Shown: positions 53,909 to 63,707, counted from the stretch's first letter. The stretch: 64,000 nucleotides of DNA from Candidatus Omnitrophota bacterium (GCA_018062515.1 JAGOSC010000005.1:880-64879), one strand, 5' to 3'. Program-made: numbers and translations. Notes: generated by a model from the letters alone, not told the origin.

Positions 53909-55177
53909 ATGAATAAAATGCGAAAATCAATTTTTATTATGGGCAGAAAATTTACGATTTTATTATCCTTATTTTTAATTTTCTTAACATGTCAAGAAAG
54001 CTGCGTATTCGCTTCACAGGAAGAAGACATCAAGACGGTCGCTGAAAATAATCAGCAATTTGCCTTTGATTTGTATTCTCAAATTAAAAACAATGATGAC
54101 AATCTGTTCTTTTCTCCATTTAGTATTTCGATGGCTTTGGCCATGACCTACGCTGGCGCCCGCGGAAATACAGAAAAGCAAATGGCGGAAACTCTCCATT
54201 TTTCTCTCAACCAAGATGAGTTACATCCGATTTTCCTAAAAATCAACCGGGATTTACAAGCTGATCAAGGGGAAAAAGGTTTTGAACTTTCGATTGCGAA
54301 TGCCCTATGGGGAGAAAAAAGTTTTAAATTTCATAAGTCTTTTATCGATCTAACAAAAAATTATTATGAAGCCGGGTTTAAAGAAGCTGATTTTAAAAAC
54401 AACGCCGAACCCGAACGTCAAACGATCAATAGCTGGGTTGAAAAACAAACCAAAGATAAGATCAAAGACTTACTTCTCCCGAGAGTTTTGACAGAAATAA
54501 CAAAATTGGTTTTAGTAAATGCCATTTACTTTAAAGGACATTGGATATATCCATTTGAGAAAGAATACACACAACCAAGAAAATTTGAATTAATAAGCGG
54601 AGAGCAAATTGAAGTGCCGACGATGAATCAGGAAAGTTCGTATGGATATTCGGAAAATGAAACGCTTCAAATTCTTGAAATGCCTTACAAAGGCGATGAG
54701 CTGTCTATGGTTATTTTTCTTCCTAAAAAAGCGGGCGGAATAAAAGAATTAGAGGCTTCGCTTAAAACAGAGAATGTCCGAAATTGGCTTTCAAAATTAG
54801 AGAAACAAGAAGTCACTGTATTTTTACCAAAATTTACAATGACCAGAGAATTTTCTTTAAAAGAAAACTTTGAATCACTCGGAATGACCGATGCGTTTAA
54901 TCCATACGCGGCTGATTTTTCCGGTATGTCTCCGCTAGCCTTAGATACAGAATATCATTTATGCATATCGGAAATAATTCATAAAGCCTTTGTGGATGTG
55001 AATGAAGAAGGTACTGAGGCTGCTGCCGCGACCGCTGTTGTCATGGTCAAGATGACTGCCGCAGCCGTAGAACCAAAACCTATTTTTAACGCTGACCATC
55101 CGTTTATTTTTATTATTCGTGATAAGATTTCCGATAATATTTTATTTATCGGCCGGGTAATGGACCCTTTAAAATAA
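53909..55177 (+). CDS. serpin (serine protease inhibitor), secreted
   Basis: Serpin core NAIYFKGHWIYPF. Reactive-centre-loop hinge EEGTEAAAATAVVM. C-terminal signature HPFIFIIRDKISDNILFIGRVMDP. Signal peptide after M at 53909 (KFTILLSLFLIFLTCQESCVFA). The upstream in-frame 53849 start is unlikely. Confidence 0.85.
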   Translation: MNKMRKSIFIMGRKFTILLSLFLIFLTCQESCVFASQEEDIKTVAENNQQFAFDLYSQIKNNDDNLFFSPFSISMALAMTYAGARGNTEKQMAETLHFSLNQDELHPIFLKINRDLQADQGEKGFELSIANALWGEKSFKFHKSFIDLTKNYYEAGFKEADFKNNAEPERQTINSWVEKQTKDKIKDLLLPRVLTEITKLVLVNAIYFKGHWIYPFEKEYTQPRKFELISGEQIEVPTMNQESSYGYSENETLQILEMPYKGDELSMVIFLPKKAGGIKELEASLKTENVRNWLSKLEKQEVTVFLPKFTMTREFSLKENFESLGMTDAFNPYAADFSGMSPLALDTEYHLCISEIIHKAFVDVNEEGTEAAAATAVVMVKMTAAAVEPKPIFNADHPFIFIIRDKISDNILFIGRVMDPLK

Positions 55178-55178
55178 T

Positions 55179-55496
55179 ATGAACTCAAACAATAAAGAAG
55201 TCAAAGAAGTTGACATCAATCAAGCCAAAGAAATGCTCGGGCGGGATGACACCATCATCATCGATATTCGTCATATATCCGATTATGAAGCCGGAAATAT
55301 CGAAGGCTCTCAACATCTAACGCCTGAAACATTCAAAGATTTTCTCGAATTAACTGATAAAACAAAAACAATATTATGTTATTGTTATCATGGAATCAGC
55401 AGCCTGGACGTATGCGAAACTTTGAAGGATCATGGATTTCAAAATCCTATCAGCCTCAAAGGCGGCTTCAGTGCCTGGCAGACAAATCAACCCTAA
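55179..55496 (+). CDS. single-domain rhodanese-like sulfurtransferase
   Basis: IIIDIRHISDYEAGNIEGS...ILCYCYHGISS (active-site Cys loop)...LKGGFSAWQ. Confidence 0.75.
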   Translation: MNSNNKEVKEVDINQAKEMLGRDDTIIIDIRHISDYEAGNIEGSQHLTPETFKDFLELTDKTKTILCYCYHGISSLDVCETLKDHGFQNPISLKGGFSAWQTNQP

Positions 55497-55508
55497 AAGG
55501 AAATACCT

Positions 55509-55991
55509 ATGCAAATTGCGGATAAAAAAGTGGCTCAGTTTCATTTTTCTTTAAAGAATGATCAAGGTGAAATACTGGATTCTTCTAAAGGAGAAACACC
55601 ATTAGGATATATTCACGGTCAAAATAATTTAATGCCCGGGCTTGAAAAGGCGCTGGCTGGCCACAAAAAAGGCGACAAATTCAGCGTTAAACTTGATCCG
55701 GAAGACGCTTTTGGGTCTTACGCGGAAGAATTAATCAAAGAAGTACCGCTCAATGAATTTGAAAACCCAAAAGAATTAAAGCCGGGAACAAAAATGCAGG
55801 TCCACAGCCAACAAGGCGACCAAATCGTTACAGTTCTCGATATCGTTGGAGAAACGGTGCGCGTTGATTTTAATCATCCGTTTGCCGGCCAAACATTACA
55901 GTTTGATATTGAAGTTCTTGAAGTTAGAGATGCGACCGCGGATGAATTATCTCACGGCCATTTGCACGGAGACGGCGGTTGCTGTCATTAA
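55509..55991 (+). CDS. slyD: FKBP-type peptidyl-prolyl cis-trans isomerase SlyD
   Basis: FKBP plus IF domain, co-linear with E. coli SlyD, and a metal-binding tail HGHLHGDGGCCH. Confidence 0.85.
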   Translation: MQIADKKVAQFHFSLKNDQGEILDSSKGETPLGYIHGQNNLMPGLEKALAGHKKGDKFSVKLDPEDAFGSYAEELIKEVPLNEFENPKELKPGTKMQVHSQQGDQIVTVLDIVGETVRVDFNHPFAGQTLQFDIEVLEVRDATADELSHGHLHGDGGCCH

Positions 55992-56049
55992 TTTTTATTT
56001 ATCAGCGTCGATCATTTGAAAAATAATTGTCAATGAAAGGATCAATAAG

Positions 56050-56475
56050 ATGAGTTTAAACAGTGTCAATATGCTGGGGAATTTGACCCGGGATCCGGAA
56101 ATGCGCTTTACCACCGCCGGGCGTCCGGTCTGCAATATATCCATCGCGAATAACCGTATTTATACAAAAGACGGACAAAGAGTCCAGGAAGTATCTTACT
56201 TTGACGTTGAGGTATGGGGCACGATGGCGGAAAATTGTAATAAATATTTATCCAAAGGCAGCGGAATTGTCGTCGAAGGCCGGCTCAAACAAGACCGTTG
56301 GGAAAAAGACGGCAAAACACAAACCCGCGTGCGGATTGTCGCTAACAATATCCATTTTCTACCTAAGAAAAGTGGAGATAATTCAGCCCCGTCGGGAAAT
56401 GACTATCAACCAGAAGCTCAAATGGCCCCGGCCGCTCAAGATCCTGGCTATGATACAACCTCATGGGACGGATAA
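56050..56475 (+). CDS. ssb: single-stranded DNA-binding protein
   Basis: OB-fold: NSVNMLGNLTRDPEMRFTTAGRPVCNISIANN...FDVEVWGTMAENCNKYLSKGSGIVVEGRLKQDRWE.DGKTQTRVRIVANNIHFL, then a Gly/Pro/Gln-rich tail. Confidence 0.85.
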   Translation: MSLNSVNMLGNLTRDPEMRFTTAGRPVCNISIANNRIYTKDGQRVQEVSYFDVEVWGTMAENCNKYLSKGSGIVVEGRLKQDRWEKDGKTQTRVRIVANNIHFLPKKSGDNSAPSGNDYQPEAQMAPAAQDPGYDTTSWDG

Positions 56476-56478
56476 TTC

Positions 56479-56856
56479 GTGAGTGAACAGTATCAACATC
56501 CCAGTTTTATTGCTCAAGAAGTAGATGACCTGATCATTGTTCGCCTCTACGGTGATTTCAATCAGCATACGCTGCATCAATCACGGAAAATGATTGATGA
56601 AATGATGCGTATTCATCAAATCAATGAACGGCATAATCTCAGCATCATCATCGACTATCAAAATGTCAATGATGTTGATTCCTCGACGATAGCGGACATC
56701 TTGGAACATATTGAAGAGAACAGTGAGCATTCGCATAAAGTGGCATTCATCAATGTTCCGGACGAATTTATTAAATTACTGGAAATCTATAAGCTCCAGG
56801 ACAAAATCCTCGTTTTCAAAACAGAAAAAGAGGCTATCAAAGCTCTGCAACAATAA
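56479..56856 (+). CDS. STAS-domain protein (anti-sigma-factor antagonist-like)
   Basis: GTG start. SpoIIAA-like pattern: DDLIIVRLYGDF...IIDYQNVNDVDSSTIADILE. Confidence 0.6.
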   Translation: MSEQYQHPSFIAQEVDDLIIVRLYGDFNQHTLHQSRKMIDEMMRIHQINERHNLSIIIDYQNVNDVDSSTIADILEHIEENSEHSHKVAFINVPDEFIKLLEIYKLQDKILVFKTEKEAIKALQQ

Positions 56857-56877
56857 TACATATCAATCTTTCACAGG

Positions 56878-57336
56878 ATGAATGTAAAACCACAATCAAT
56901 AACCGCAAAAACCTTCCGATCATATGGAAAATTGATTGAATATCCTGATCAAAATAAAAAGGGAACGGTAAGGAATTTGTGGCGGATAATCCATCGGGCG
57001 CCGAATAAAAATGGCTGGCGCGTTGCCTATCTGATTTTACGTGATCGTTCTATCGGCCGTTTGGAATGCCATCCAACCAGTGACGAAACATTCGAACCCA
57101 TTAAAAACAGCGCCTTATTTTTTGTATCTAAAACTAAAAACATTGACGACATTGAATGTTTTATCCTCGACCGTCCCATTATTTTATATAAAGGAATTTG
57201 GCATGGGCTCATCACGCAGGGAAATGAAGCCGAAATTAAAATAACCGAAAATTTAAATATTTCCAGCCGTTACTGGCCGTTTGGTTTCCGTATTAAAAAT
57301 TTAACTGATTTAAACCGAAAAAGGACAAGAACATGA
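56878..57336 (+). CDS. cupin-fold protein, ureidoglycolate lyase (AllA)-like
   Basis: Block-wise co-linear with AllA: SITAKTFRSYGKLIE / RLECHPTSDETFEPIKNSALFFVS / LYKGIWHGLI. Confidence 0.5.
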   Translation: MNVKPQSITAKTFRSYGKLIEYPDQNKKGTVRNLWRIIHRAPNKNGWRVAYLILRDRSIGRLECHPTSDETFEPIKNSALFFVSKTKNIDDIECFILDRPIILYKGIWHGLITQGNEAEIKITENLNISSRYWPFGFRIKNLTDLNRKRTRT

Positions 57337-57716
57337 ACAAAACAATTATTCTTTCCACAAACGCACCGCAACCCGTCGGTCCTTATAGCCAAGCCGTTAT
57401 GTCGGGTCAATTCATCTTTCTGGCCGGACAGATTCCTTTGACGAAAGAAGGCAAGAAGATCGACGGTGGCATCACTGAGCAAACCGAACAGGTCATTACC
57501 AATATTATTGCCGTTCTCGCCGCCGGGGGAACAACGCTGGAAAGAGTCGTTAAGGTGACAGTGTTTCTACAAGATATGAATGACTTTAAAGCCATGAATG
57601 AAGTGTATGCCAAATATTTTAAGCCAGGCTATGCGCCGGCCCGCTCAACCGTTCAGGTCGCGCGTTTACCCATGGACAGCCTGGTCGAAATTGAAGCCAT
57701 AGCTGAAATCAGTTAA
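57333..57716 (+). CDS. ridA: RidA (YjgF/TdcF) family reactive-intermediate deaminase
   Basis: APQPVGPYSQAV..G.FIFLAGQIP...TEQTEQVITNIIAVL..AGGTTLERVVKVTVFLQDMNDFKAMNEVYAKYF...PARSTVQVARLPMDSLVEIEAIA. Confidence 0.85.
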   Translation: MNKTIILSTNAPQPVGPYSQAVMSGQFIFLAGQIPLTKEGKKIDGGITEQTEQVITNIIAVLAAGGTTLERVVKVTVFLQDMNDFKAMNEVYAKYFKPGYAPARSTVQVARLPMDSLVEIEAIAEIS

Positions 57717-57744
57717 TCAAGCAGTCTAAAGAAAGGACGCTACG

Positions 57745-59502
57745 TTGATTAAAAATTTACTAAAGGATACGTCAGCCAAATTCATTCATATTTCCGCATT
57801 AATGATCATTGGCCTCATTATCTATGCGAATTCACTCCATGGTGAATTTATAGCTGATGATTTTGGTTCCATTCTCGCGCACGCGAAAGCACTTTCAACG
57901 TTTAATCTTATTGAACTTTGGCAAGCCTACAGCACACGTCTCATCGGAGGCCTGACTTTCGCGATTAATTATCAGCTTAGCCATGAAGATGTGCTTAGTT
58001 ATCATTTTTTTAATGTCATGATACATATCCTCAATGCCGTCCTGTTTTATCATTTTATTCTGCAGATATTCACAACACCCGTCGGGAAAAAATCATCAAT
58101 AGTCGATCATGCCGGCGGCGTAGCTTTCTTAAGCGCGGTTTTATTCCTTGTCCATCCAATCCAGAGCCAAGCGGTGGCTTACATCGTCCAGAGATATATT
58201 TCGCTGGCGACTTCTTTATGCCTGGCATCAATCTTGTTTTATGGGAAAGCCCGATTGATGGGAGATAAAAAATATTATTTTATTTCATTTCTATTTTTGG
58301 TTTTCGCCATGTTCACCAAAGAGTCGGCATACCCATTTTTCATTTTAATTATTTTGTACGATATTATTTTCTGGGGAAAGACAACGGCTTCACTAAAAAG
58401 GGTAGGGGCTTACGGGCTTTCGGCGCTGCTTTTTATTAGTTATATGCTTCGGTTGTCAACGTCTCGCGTTGAACAAAATCTTTTCGTGGATTATCCATCC
58501 TCTTCCATGCCCAGCCTTTGGAATCTTTTTTTAACTCAACTGAATGTTCTACGCACATATTTCCGTCTGCTTATTTTGCCCTATAAACAATCCTATTCCT
58601 ACGACTATAACATTGTTTCTCATTTGGATTTGAACACTTTGGTTTCGATTATTTTATTGTCATCCATTGGTATTCTGGCTGTATATCTATATAAGAAAAA
58701 TAAATTAATTCCGTTTTTTACTATTCTTTGGTATTTTTTAACGCTTTCGATTCATGCTTTATTTGTGATCGTTTATGGCCAAAACGGCGACGGGTTACTA
58801 AACGATCATTGGCTATATTTACCCACGGCCGGTTTCGCTTTATTTATTGTTTATACTCTGGTCGACTTGGTTAACATTAAAAATGCACGGCGAATACTGT
58901 TTATGGTCCTGATTGTTTTTTGTGTACTGACATTCCAACGGAATAAAGTCTGGCGGTCCAGTACTACATTATGGGAAAATGTCGTCAAGAATAACCCGGA
59001 TCGTTTTTACCATACTCTGGGGCTGGGAGGAAGTTATCAAGCGAAAGGTTTAACGGAAAAAGCTTATTCAGTCTATACAGAAGCATTATATCAGCATCGA
59101 TTCGAATCGATTAAAGACATGTTGCCCGCCCAACAGTTTTACATGGCGCAAATGTATTTTAATTTAGGATTAGCGGCAAATGGTCTGGGAAAAAAAGATG
59201 AATTTATTTCATCATTACATGCGGCCGTAGCTATTGCCCCGAAAGAACCTTTCTACACGTACCATTTAGGAATAGCCTATTATCAGTTATCCATACCGGA
59301 AAAAGCGATTTTCTACTTAAATCAGGTTGAAAAAAGATTTCAAAACGCCCCCTATTTGCATTATTATCTAGGCTCCGCGTATCTCCAAATAAACAACAAA
59401 GTTTTAGCGAAAGAACATTTGGACCACGCTTTGACCTTATTCCATGCGGCGGGAGATGTGGTCAAAGAGCAAGAGGTGGAAGCGATGGTCAAAAAACTAT
59501 AA
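57745..59502 (+). CDS. GT-C fold membrane glycosyltransferase-like protein with C-terminal TPR repeats (PMT_2/TMTC-like)
   Basis: TTG start in the ORF table; a downstream ATG at ~57806 is also possible. Acidic loop motif EFIADDF after TM1, ~10 TM segments, and C-terminal TPRs (YHTLGLGGSYQAKGLTEKAYSVY...). Confidence 0.5.
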   Translation: MIKNLLKDTSAKFIHISALMIIGLIIYANSLHGEFIADDFGSILAHAKALSTFNLIELWQAYSTRLIGGLTFAINYQLSHEDVLSYHFFNVMIHILNAVLFYHFILQIFTTPVGKKSSIVDHAGGVAFLSAVLFLVHPIQSQAVAYIVQRYISLATSLCLASILFYGKARLMGDKKYYFISFLFLVFAMFTKESAYPFFILIILYDIIFWGKTTASLKRVGAYGLSALLFISYMLRLSTSRVEQNLFVDYPSSSMPSLWNLFLTQLNVLRTYFRLLILPYKQSYSYDYNIVSHLDLNTLVSIILLSSIGILAVYLYKKNKLIPFFTILWYFLTLSIHALFVIVYGQNGDGLLNDHWLYLPTAGFALFIVYTLVDLVNIKNARRILFMVLIVFCVLTFQRNKVWRSSTTLWENVVKNNPDRFYHTLGLGGSYQAKGLTEKAYSVYTEALYQHRFESIKDMLPAQQFYMAQMYFNLGLAANGLGKKDEFISSLHAAVAIAPKEPFYTYHLGIAYYQLSIPEKAIFYLNQVEKRFQNAPYLHYYLGSAYLQINNKVLAKEHLDHALTLFHAAGDVVKEQEVEAMVKKL

Positions 59503-61166
59503 TGAACAAACAAAACGATTATAAATCAAATAAAATCACTGAATGGAAGAAGAAACTAGCACGTCCGACGAACCCGGTAAGCCTGGCTTGTTTCCGTATC
59601 GGCTTCGGTATATTCATGTTTTTTCACATTTATCTATACCAAACACCGGATGTGATTAATGCTGTTTATTTATCACCGGATTTTCACTTTACCTTTCCTT
59701 TATTTGATTGGTTACATCTACCGATCCCAACAGCGGTGAGCATTTCCATTTTACTAAAAATAATAGCTGTTTCAGCTTTATGTATTGCCATAGGGCTATT
59801 GACCCGTATATCGGCCGGTATTTTTTTCATCACGTTCGGTTACATCTTTCTCCTCGAGAAATCAGAATACAGCCAATATTATTATTTGGTTTTGCTATTA
59901 TCCTTTTTATTTATGATAACCAACGCGAACCGGTTTTTTTCCGTCGACAATCTTATATTCAAGCAATCAAAGAAAAATGCTATTCCCTATTGGAACCTTT
60001 TCTTATTTCAGTTTCAGTTTATTTTGGTGTACTTTTTCGGTGGCATAGCCTATTTGAATAATGATTGGATCAGCGGACGGGTGGTTCAATCGATTTTTGA
60101 AGGGGCGGGCGATTTATTTTTCTTTGCGACTTCGATCAGCGCATTGCTCATCCTGCTCAGCGCTCCGTTAATGTTAATTTATAAACCGTTAAAATATGCC
60201 GGAATCTTGCTTTTGGTGATTTTCAATGCATTTATCAAATATAGTCTTGGTTTTGGAATTTTTCCATATTTGATGATTATCTCGTCGGTGTTATTCATTC
60301 ATTTAGAGGAAATAAGAGGCCTTTCCCGTTTATTCCGTCCTAAGAAGGCTGCGGCAACTATTCAACCGGAAATGGCTCATTCCGAGGCGATAAAGCCGGG
60401 AGTTTGGTTATTTATTATCACTTATGTTTTCTTTCAATTTTTTATCCCCTTACGATTTTTATTAGAAAAAGGACCTGTACAGTGGACACTCAATGGCAGC
60501 CGTTTTTCCTGGAGATTGTTGGCACAAAATAATCTTGGCCATATTGATTTTTTTGTCACCGATATAGTGACGGGAGAAACAAAAGAGGCGCCCCGATTAA
60601 AAGGGATAACCGTTAGCTCTTATCTTCAAATGGCTTGTCACCCCGACATGATTATTCAATATGCAAGGTACCTGCACGACGTTTATCAAAAACAGGGAGT
60701 TTATAATCCCATTATCACGTCAAATTCTTTTGTTTCATTTAACGGCCGGCCTTTTTCTCTATTCATTAATCCTGAATTCAATTTAGCTCACCCCACGATT
60801 CATCCGAACAGCGACAATCTTCTCACGCCCGCGCCTTTTGTAAGGCAAGACACTATGATCACACCAAAAAATGTCGGACGGTTTTTCCCTCCTGAGTATC
60901 AGTTAGCGGTTATCGAAGAGGAGAGTTTACTGCCGGGTGATCATCCGACCGTTGGTGTCATGAACGATTTAATTTATCAATTGATCGGTGACCCGACGGT
61001 GAGCCCGGCTGAGATTTCAGATACCGTCGTAGAACTTCACAATATGCTTTATTCAAAATATGGCCGGCATTTCACCATCAAACAGATTCTGGAGACACTG
61101 TATGATAAAGCCGGTCAAATGACAACTGTACCTTCCATCGACGAACTCATAAAATATTTTCTTTAA
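59502..61166 (+). CDS. HTTM-domain (vitamin K-dependent gamma-carboxylase-like) membrane protein
   Basis: N-terminal LACFRIGFGIFMFFHIYLY resembles the HTTM signature (LA.FRI.FG). Polytopic N-terminal half with a soluble C-terminal half. Confidence 0.5.
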   Translation: MNKQNDYKSNKITEWKKKLARPTNPVSLACFRIGFGIFMFFHIYLYQTPDVINAVYLSPDFHFTFPLFDWLHLPIPTAVSISILLKIIAVSALCIAIGLLTRISAGIFFITFGYIFLLEKSEYSQYYYLVLLLSFLFMITNANRFFSVDNLIFKQSKKNAIPYWNLFLFQFQFILVYFFGGIAYLNNDWISGRVVQSIFEGAGDLFFFATSISALLILLSAPLMLIYKPLKYAGILLLVIFNAFIKYSLGFGIFPYLMIISSVLFIHLEEIRGLSRLFRPKKAAATIQPEMAHSEAIKPGVWLFIITYVFFQFFIPLRFLLEKGPVQWTLNGSRFSWRLLAQNNLGHIDFFVTDIVTGETKEAPRLKGITVSSYLQMACHPDMIIQYARYLHDVYQKQGVYNPIITSNSFVSFNGRPFSLFINPEFNLAHPTIHPNSDNLLTPAPFVRQDTMITPKNVGRFFPPEYQLAVIEEESLLPGDHPTVGVMNDLIYQLIGDPTVSPAEISDTVVELHNMLYSKYGRHFTIKQILETLYDKAGQMTTVPSIDELIKYFL

Positions 61167-61171
61167 TCTGA

Positions 61172-62569
61172 ATGAATCTAAAATATTTCAAAATTATTTT
61201 TCTTATTCTCAGTTTGCAAATGATATATATCCATCCGGCCGTATCTCAGGAATATCCGCCGCTGCCGAAAATTCTCCCTGAAGACCGTATATTAATTATC
61301 GCGCCTCATCCCGACGATGAAACCATCGCCGCCGCCGGTGTTATTCAGAACACACTAGAAAGTAAATCCCAACTTCGAATGGTATGGCTGACGAACGGAG
61401 ACAGCAATGAATATGCGTTTCTCCTCTACAAGAAAAAACCCGTCCTTAAGCGTTCCGCCGTTATAAAAATGGGGACTTTACGACGGAAAGAAGCTATTGA
61501 CGCCATGAAGGTGTTAGGCGTTGATGAAAGCCAACTGACTTTTTTGGGTTATCCGGACTTCGGCACCATGAGTATTTTTAAAGACTTTTGGAAAAGTTCA
61601 AAATCTCTGAAGAGTGTATTAACTCGGGTGCGAAGCGTTCCTTATTACAGCAGCCCATCATTCGGCAAGCCGTATATTGGAGACAGCATTCTCGAGGATA
61701 TGATCCGCATCCTCATTGAATTTAAGCCGACGAAAATATTCGTGACTTTATCGTCCGACTTAAATTCTGACCATCAAGCCGCTTTTCTTTTTTTGCAGGT
61801 CGCTGTTTGGGAAATAAAGGATCTGATCGGAGAGCCGGAAATTTATTCTTATCTCGTCCATTCCGCCCGTTGGCCAAAACCAAAAGGCTATCATCCCGAA
61901 TTGGCGTTTGAACCACCTAAACGGTTTAGTACATCGAGCATTCAGTGGTATACATTAAAATTAAATCCTGAACAAATCGAAAAAAAAAGAGAGGCAATAT
62001 TAAAATATAAATCTCAACGCTACAAGCCTGGTTATCTTTTAGCGTTTGCGCGCAGTAATGAATTATTCGGACAGTATCCCGATATTAAACTTTATGATAA
62101 AGAAGAATCACTTGATTGGAATTCCGTCGAGAAAGAAATGAATATTGAATCCCAAATCTATGATGAAGACTATCCGGGAAGTAATACCATCGAGGAAGTA
62201 CTTTACGCCAAAACGGCCGATTCACTGTATGTAAAAATCAAATCACCGACGTATAAGAGCCGATTATTCGGCGTTAATTTATTCTTGTATGGGTATAAGA
62301 AAGACAAACATTTTAGTGAAATGCCTAAACTGCGTTTTCATTTCCAACGTCCGAATAAAGTGGTTATTTATGATAAACGTCATCCCGTTATGTTGCCGGA
62401 TATTAAATATGAGTACAAAAAAAGAGAGATTGAGGTCCGGATTCCATTGAAATTATTGGATAATCCGGAAATGATCCTGACCAGCGTCTCGTCGTGGCTG
62501 CGCGGAATTCCTCAAGAAACAACGGCTTGGCGTGTATTGGAATTTCCATCGGAAGAGGACAATCCATAA
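61172..62569 (+). CDS. PIG-L/LmbE family N-acetylglucosaminyl deacetylase, secreted, with C-terminal extension
   Basis: Signal peptide, then ILIIAPHPDDETIAAAGVI (the PIG-L HPDDE motif) and ...LNSDHQAAF. Confidence 0.7.
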   Translation: MNLKYFKIIFLILSLQMIYIHPAVSQEYPPLPKILPEDRILIIAPHPDDETIAAAGVIQNTLESKSQLRMVWLTNGDSNEYAFLLYKKKPVLKRSAVIKMGTLRRKEAIDAMKVLGVDESQLTFLGYPDFGTMSIFKDFWKSSKSLKSVLTRVRSVPYYSSPSFGKPYIGDSILEDMIRILIEFKPTKIFVTLSSDLNSDHQAAFLFLQVAVWEIKDLIGEPEIYSYLVHSARWPKPKGYHPELAFEPPKRFSTSSIQWYTLKLNPEQIEKKREAILKYKSQRYKPGYLLAFARSNELFGQYPDIKLYDKEESLDWNSVEKEMNIESQIYDEDYPGSNTIEEVLYAKTADSLYVKIKSPTYKSRLFGVNLFLYGYKKDKHFSEMPKLRFHFQRPNKVVIYDKRHPVMLPDIKYEYKKREIEVRIPLKLLDNPEMILTSVSSWLRGIPQETTAWRVLEFPSEEDNP

Positions 62570-62570
62570 C

Positions 62571-63215
62571 ATGAATGTCATCATTCGTCCCTACGAATCG
62601 AACGATTTAGAAGCGTTACGTCAAATCGCCTGCGATACGGTCTTTATGGGAAAACCCTATCACCACATCGTATCGAATGCCGAAGTTGTTGCCGACGTGA
62701 TAACCCTTTGTTATACGCAGTACGAACCTGAATCCTGTCTTGTCGCGGAAATTGGAGGTAAGGTCGTCGGTTATCTTATCGGGACAAAAGATATACGACG
62801 AATGAACAAAATAAAAGCAAAAATGATACCCCGCATAACGCTTAAAATCATCCGGTATGGTTTATTGTTTAACAAAAAAAATTTAAAATTTCTTTGGTTT
62901 AATTTATTTAGTTTTTTTAAAGGAGAAACTCGGAAGGAAGACTATGCGATAGAATACCCGGCGACAGGTCATATTAATATTGACGCTCAATATCAATCCA
63001 GCGGTATTGCGAGCAAACTACTGGGGGAATCTCTCCATTACTTACGAAAAAATAATATTCCCGGCGTACAAGTATCGATCAACACCGAAGCCGGAAAGAA
63101 ATTCTTTTTAAAGCATAAATTCAATTTTTTATATAGTCAAAAGAGAAGTGAGTTACGATATCTCATTCATCAAGACTTCACCAATTACATTTATGGACTG
63201 AAACTTTCCGAATGA
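62571..63215 (+). CDS. GNAT family N-acetyltransferase
   Basis: The ATG at 62571 (MNVIIRPYESNDLEALRQIA) is preferred. Acetyl-CoA-binding-like block HINIDAQYQSSGIASKLL. Confidence 0.6.
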   Translation: MNVIIRPYESNDLEALRQIACDTVFMGKPYHHIVSNAEVVADVITLCYTQYEPESCLVAEIGGKVVGYLIGTKDIRRMNKIKAKMIPRITLKIIRYGLLFNKKNLKFLWFNLFSFFKGETRKEDYAIEYPATGHINIDAQYQSSGIASKLLGESLHYLRKNNIPGVQVSINTEAGKKFFLKHKFNFLYSQKRSELRYLIHQDFTNYIYGLKLSE

Positions 63216-63236
63216 TGGTCGGGCAGGAAATAAAAA

Positions 63237-63326
63237 TGGCGGAGAGGCAGGGGTTCGAACCCTGGGTCCCGTTTCCAGGACAACTGCTTAGCAGGCAGCT
63301 GCAATCGACCACTCTGCCACCTCTCC
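63237..63326 (-). tRNA. tRNA-Ser (anticodon GCU), long variable arm
   Basis: Reverse complement: GGAGAGG-UG-GCAGAGUGGUCGAUUGC-AGCUG-CCUGCUAAG-CAGUU-GUCCUGGAAACGGGACCC-AGGGUUCGAACCCCU-GCCUCUCC-G-CCA. Anticodon loop CU-GCU-AA. Class II long variable arm. CCA encoded. Confidence 0.85.
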
Positions 63327-63446
63327 GACAATATTTTATGGTAATACTTTGGCTAGATATTTAGTTAGGAAAATAACGAGAACTCTTTATACCAGACTTT
63401 ATCTTCAGTGTAAAGAGCGAAGTTTCGGAATCAAGGAAGAATGTAA

Positions 63447-63577
63447 GAGTTATTGAGTTATTTGTGTTTATTGCGTTTGCTGAGTTAAACACGGCAACTC
63501 AAAAACTCAATCAACCCAATCAACTCGACCAACTCAATTAACTCAATTAACTCAAGAAACTCAACAAACGCAAGTTT
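63447..63577. repeat. heptamer-built imperfect inverted repeat (ACTCAAT-type) in tRNA-Ser upstream region
   Basis: Left arm GAGTTATTGAGTTATTTGTGTTTATTGCGTTTGCTGAGTT. Right arm is ~10 degenerate tandem AACTCAA(T) units ending ...AACTCAACAAACGCAAG, which is the complement of the left arm. Confidence 0.5.
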
Positions 63578-63707
63578 ATTTGACATTTCGTCAAATATAG
63601 TTTATTCTTTCTTCAGGTAATCGCCTCCCCAATAGTTCTACCCATAAACAGGCAAGCCTACGAAGGGTGTTAACATTACAAGTCTAATAATTCGGAATAA
63701 CCTGTTT

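Noticed and set aside
63580-63608. Promoter TTGACA-17-TATTCT plus small hairpin ATTTGAC-attc-GTCAAAT upstream of the right-edge partial CDS
   Set aside because: The -10 is weak and the hexamers could arise by chance in AT-rich DNA. It is mentioned only in the evidence for the partial CDS.
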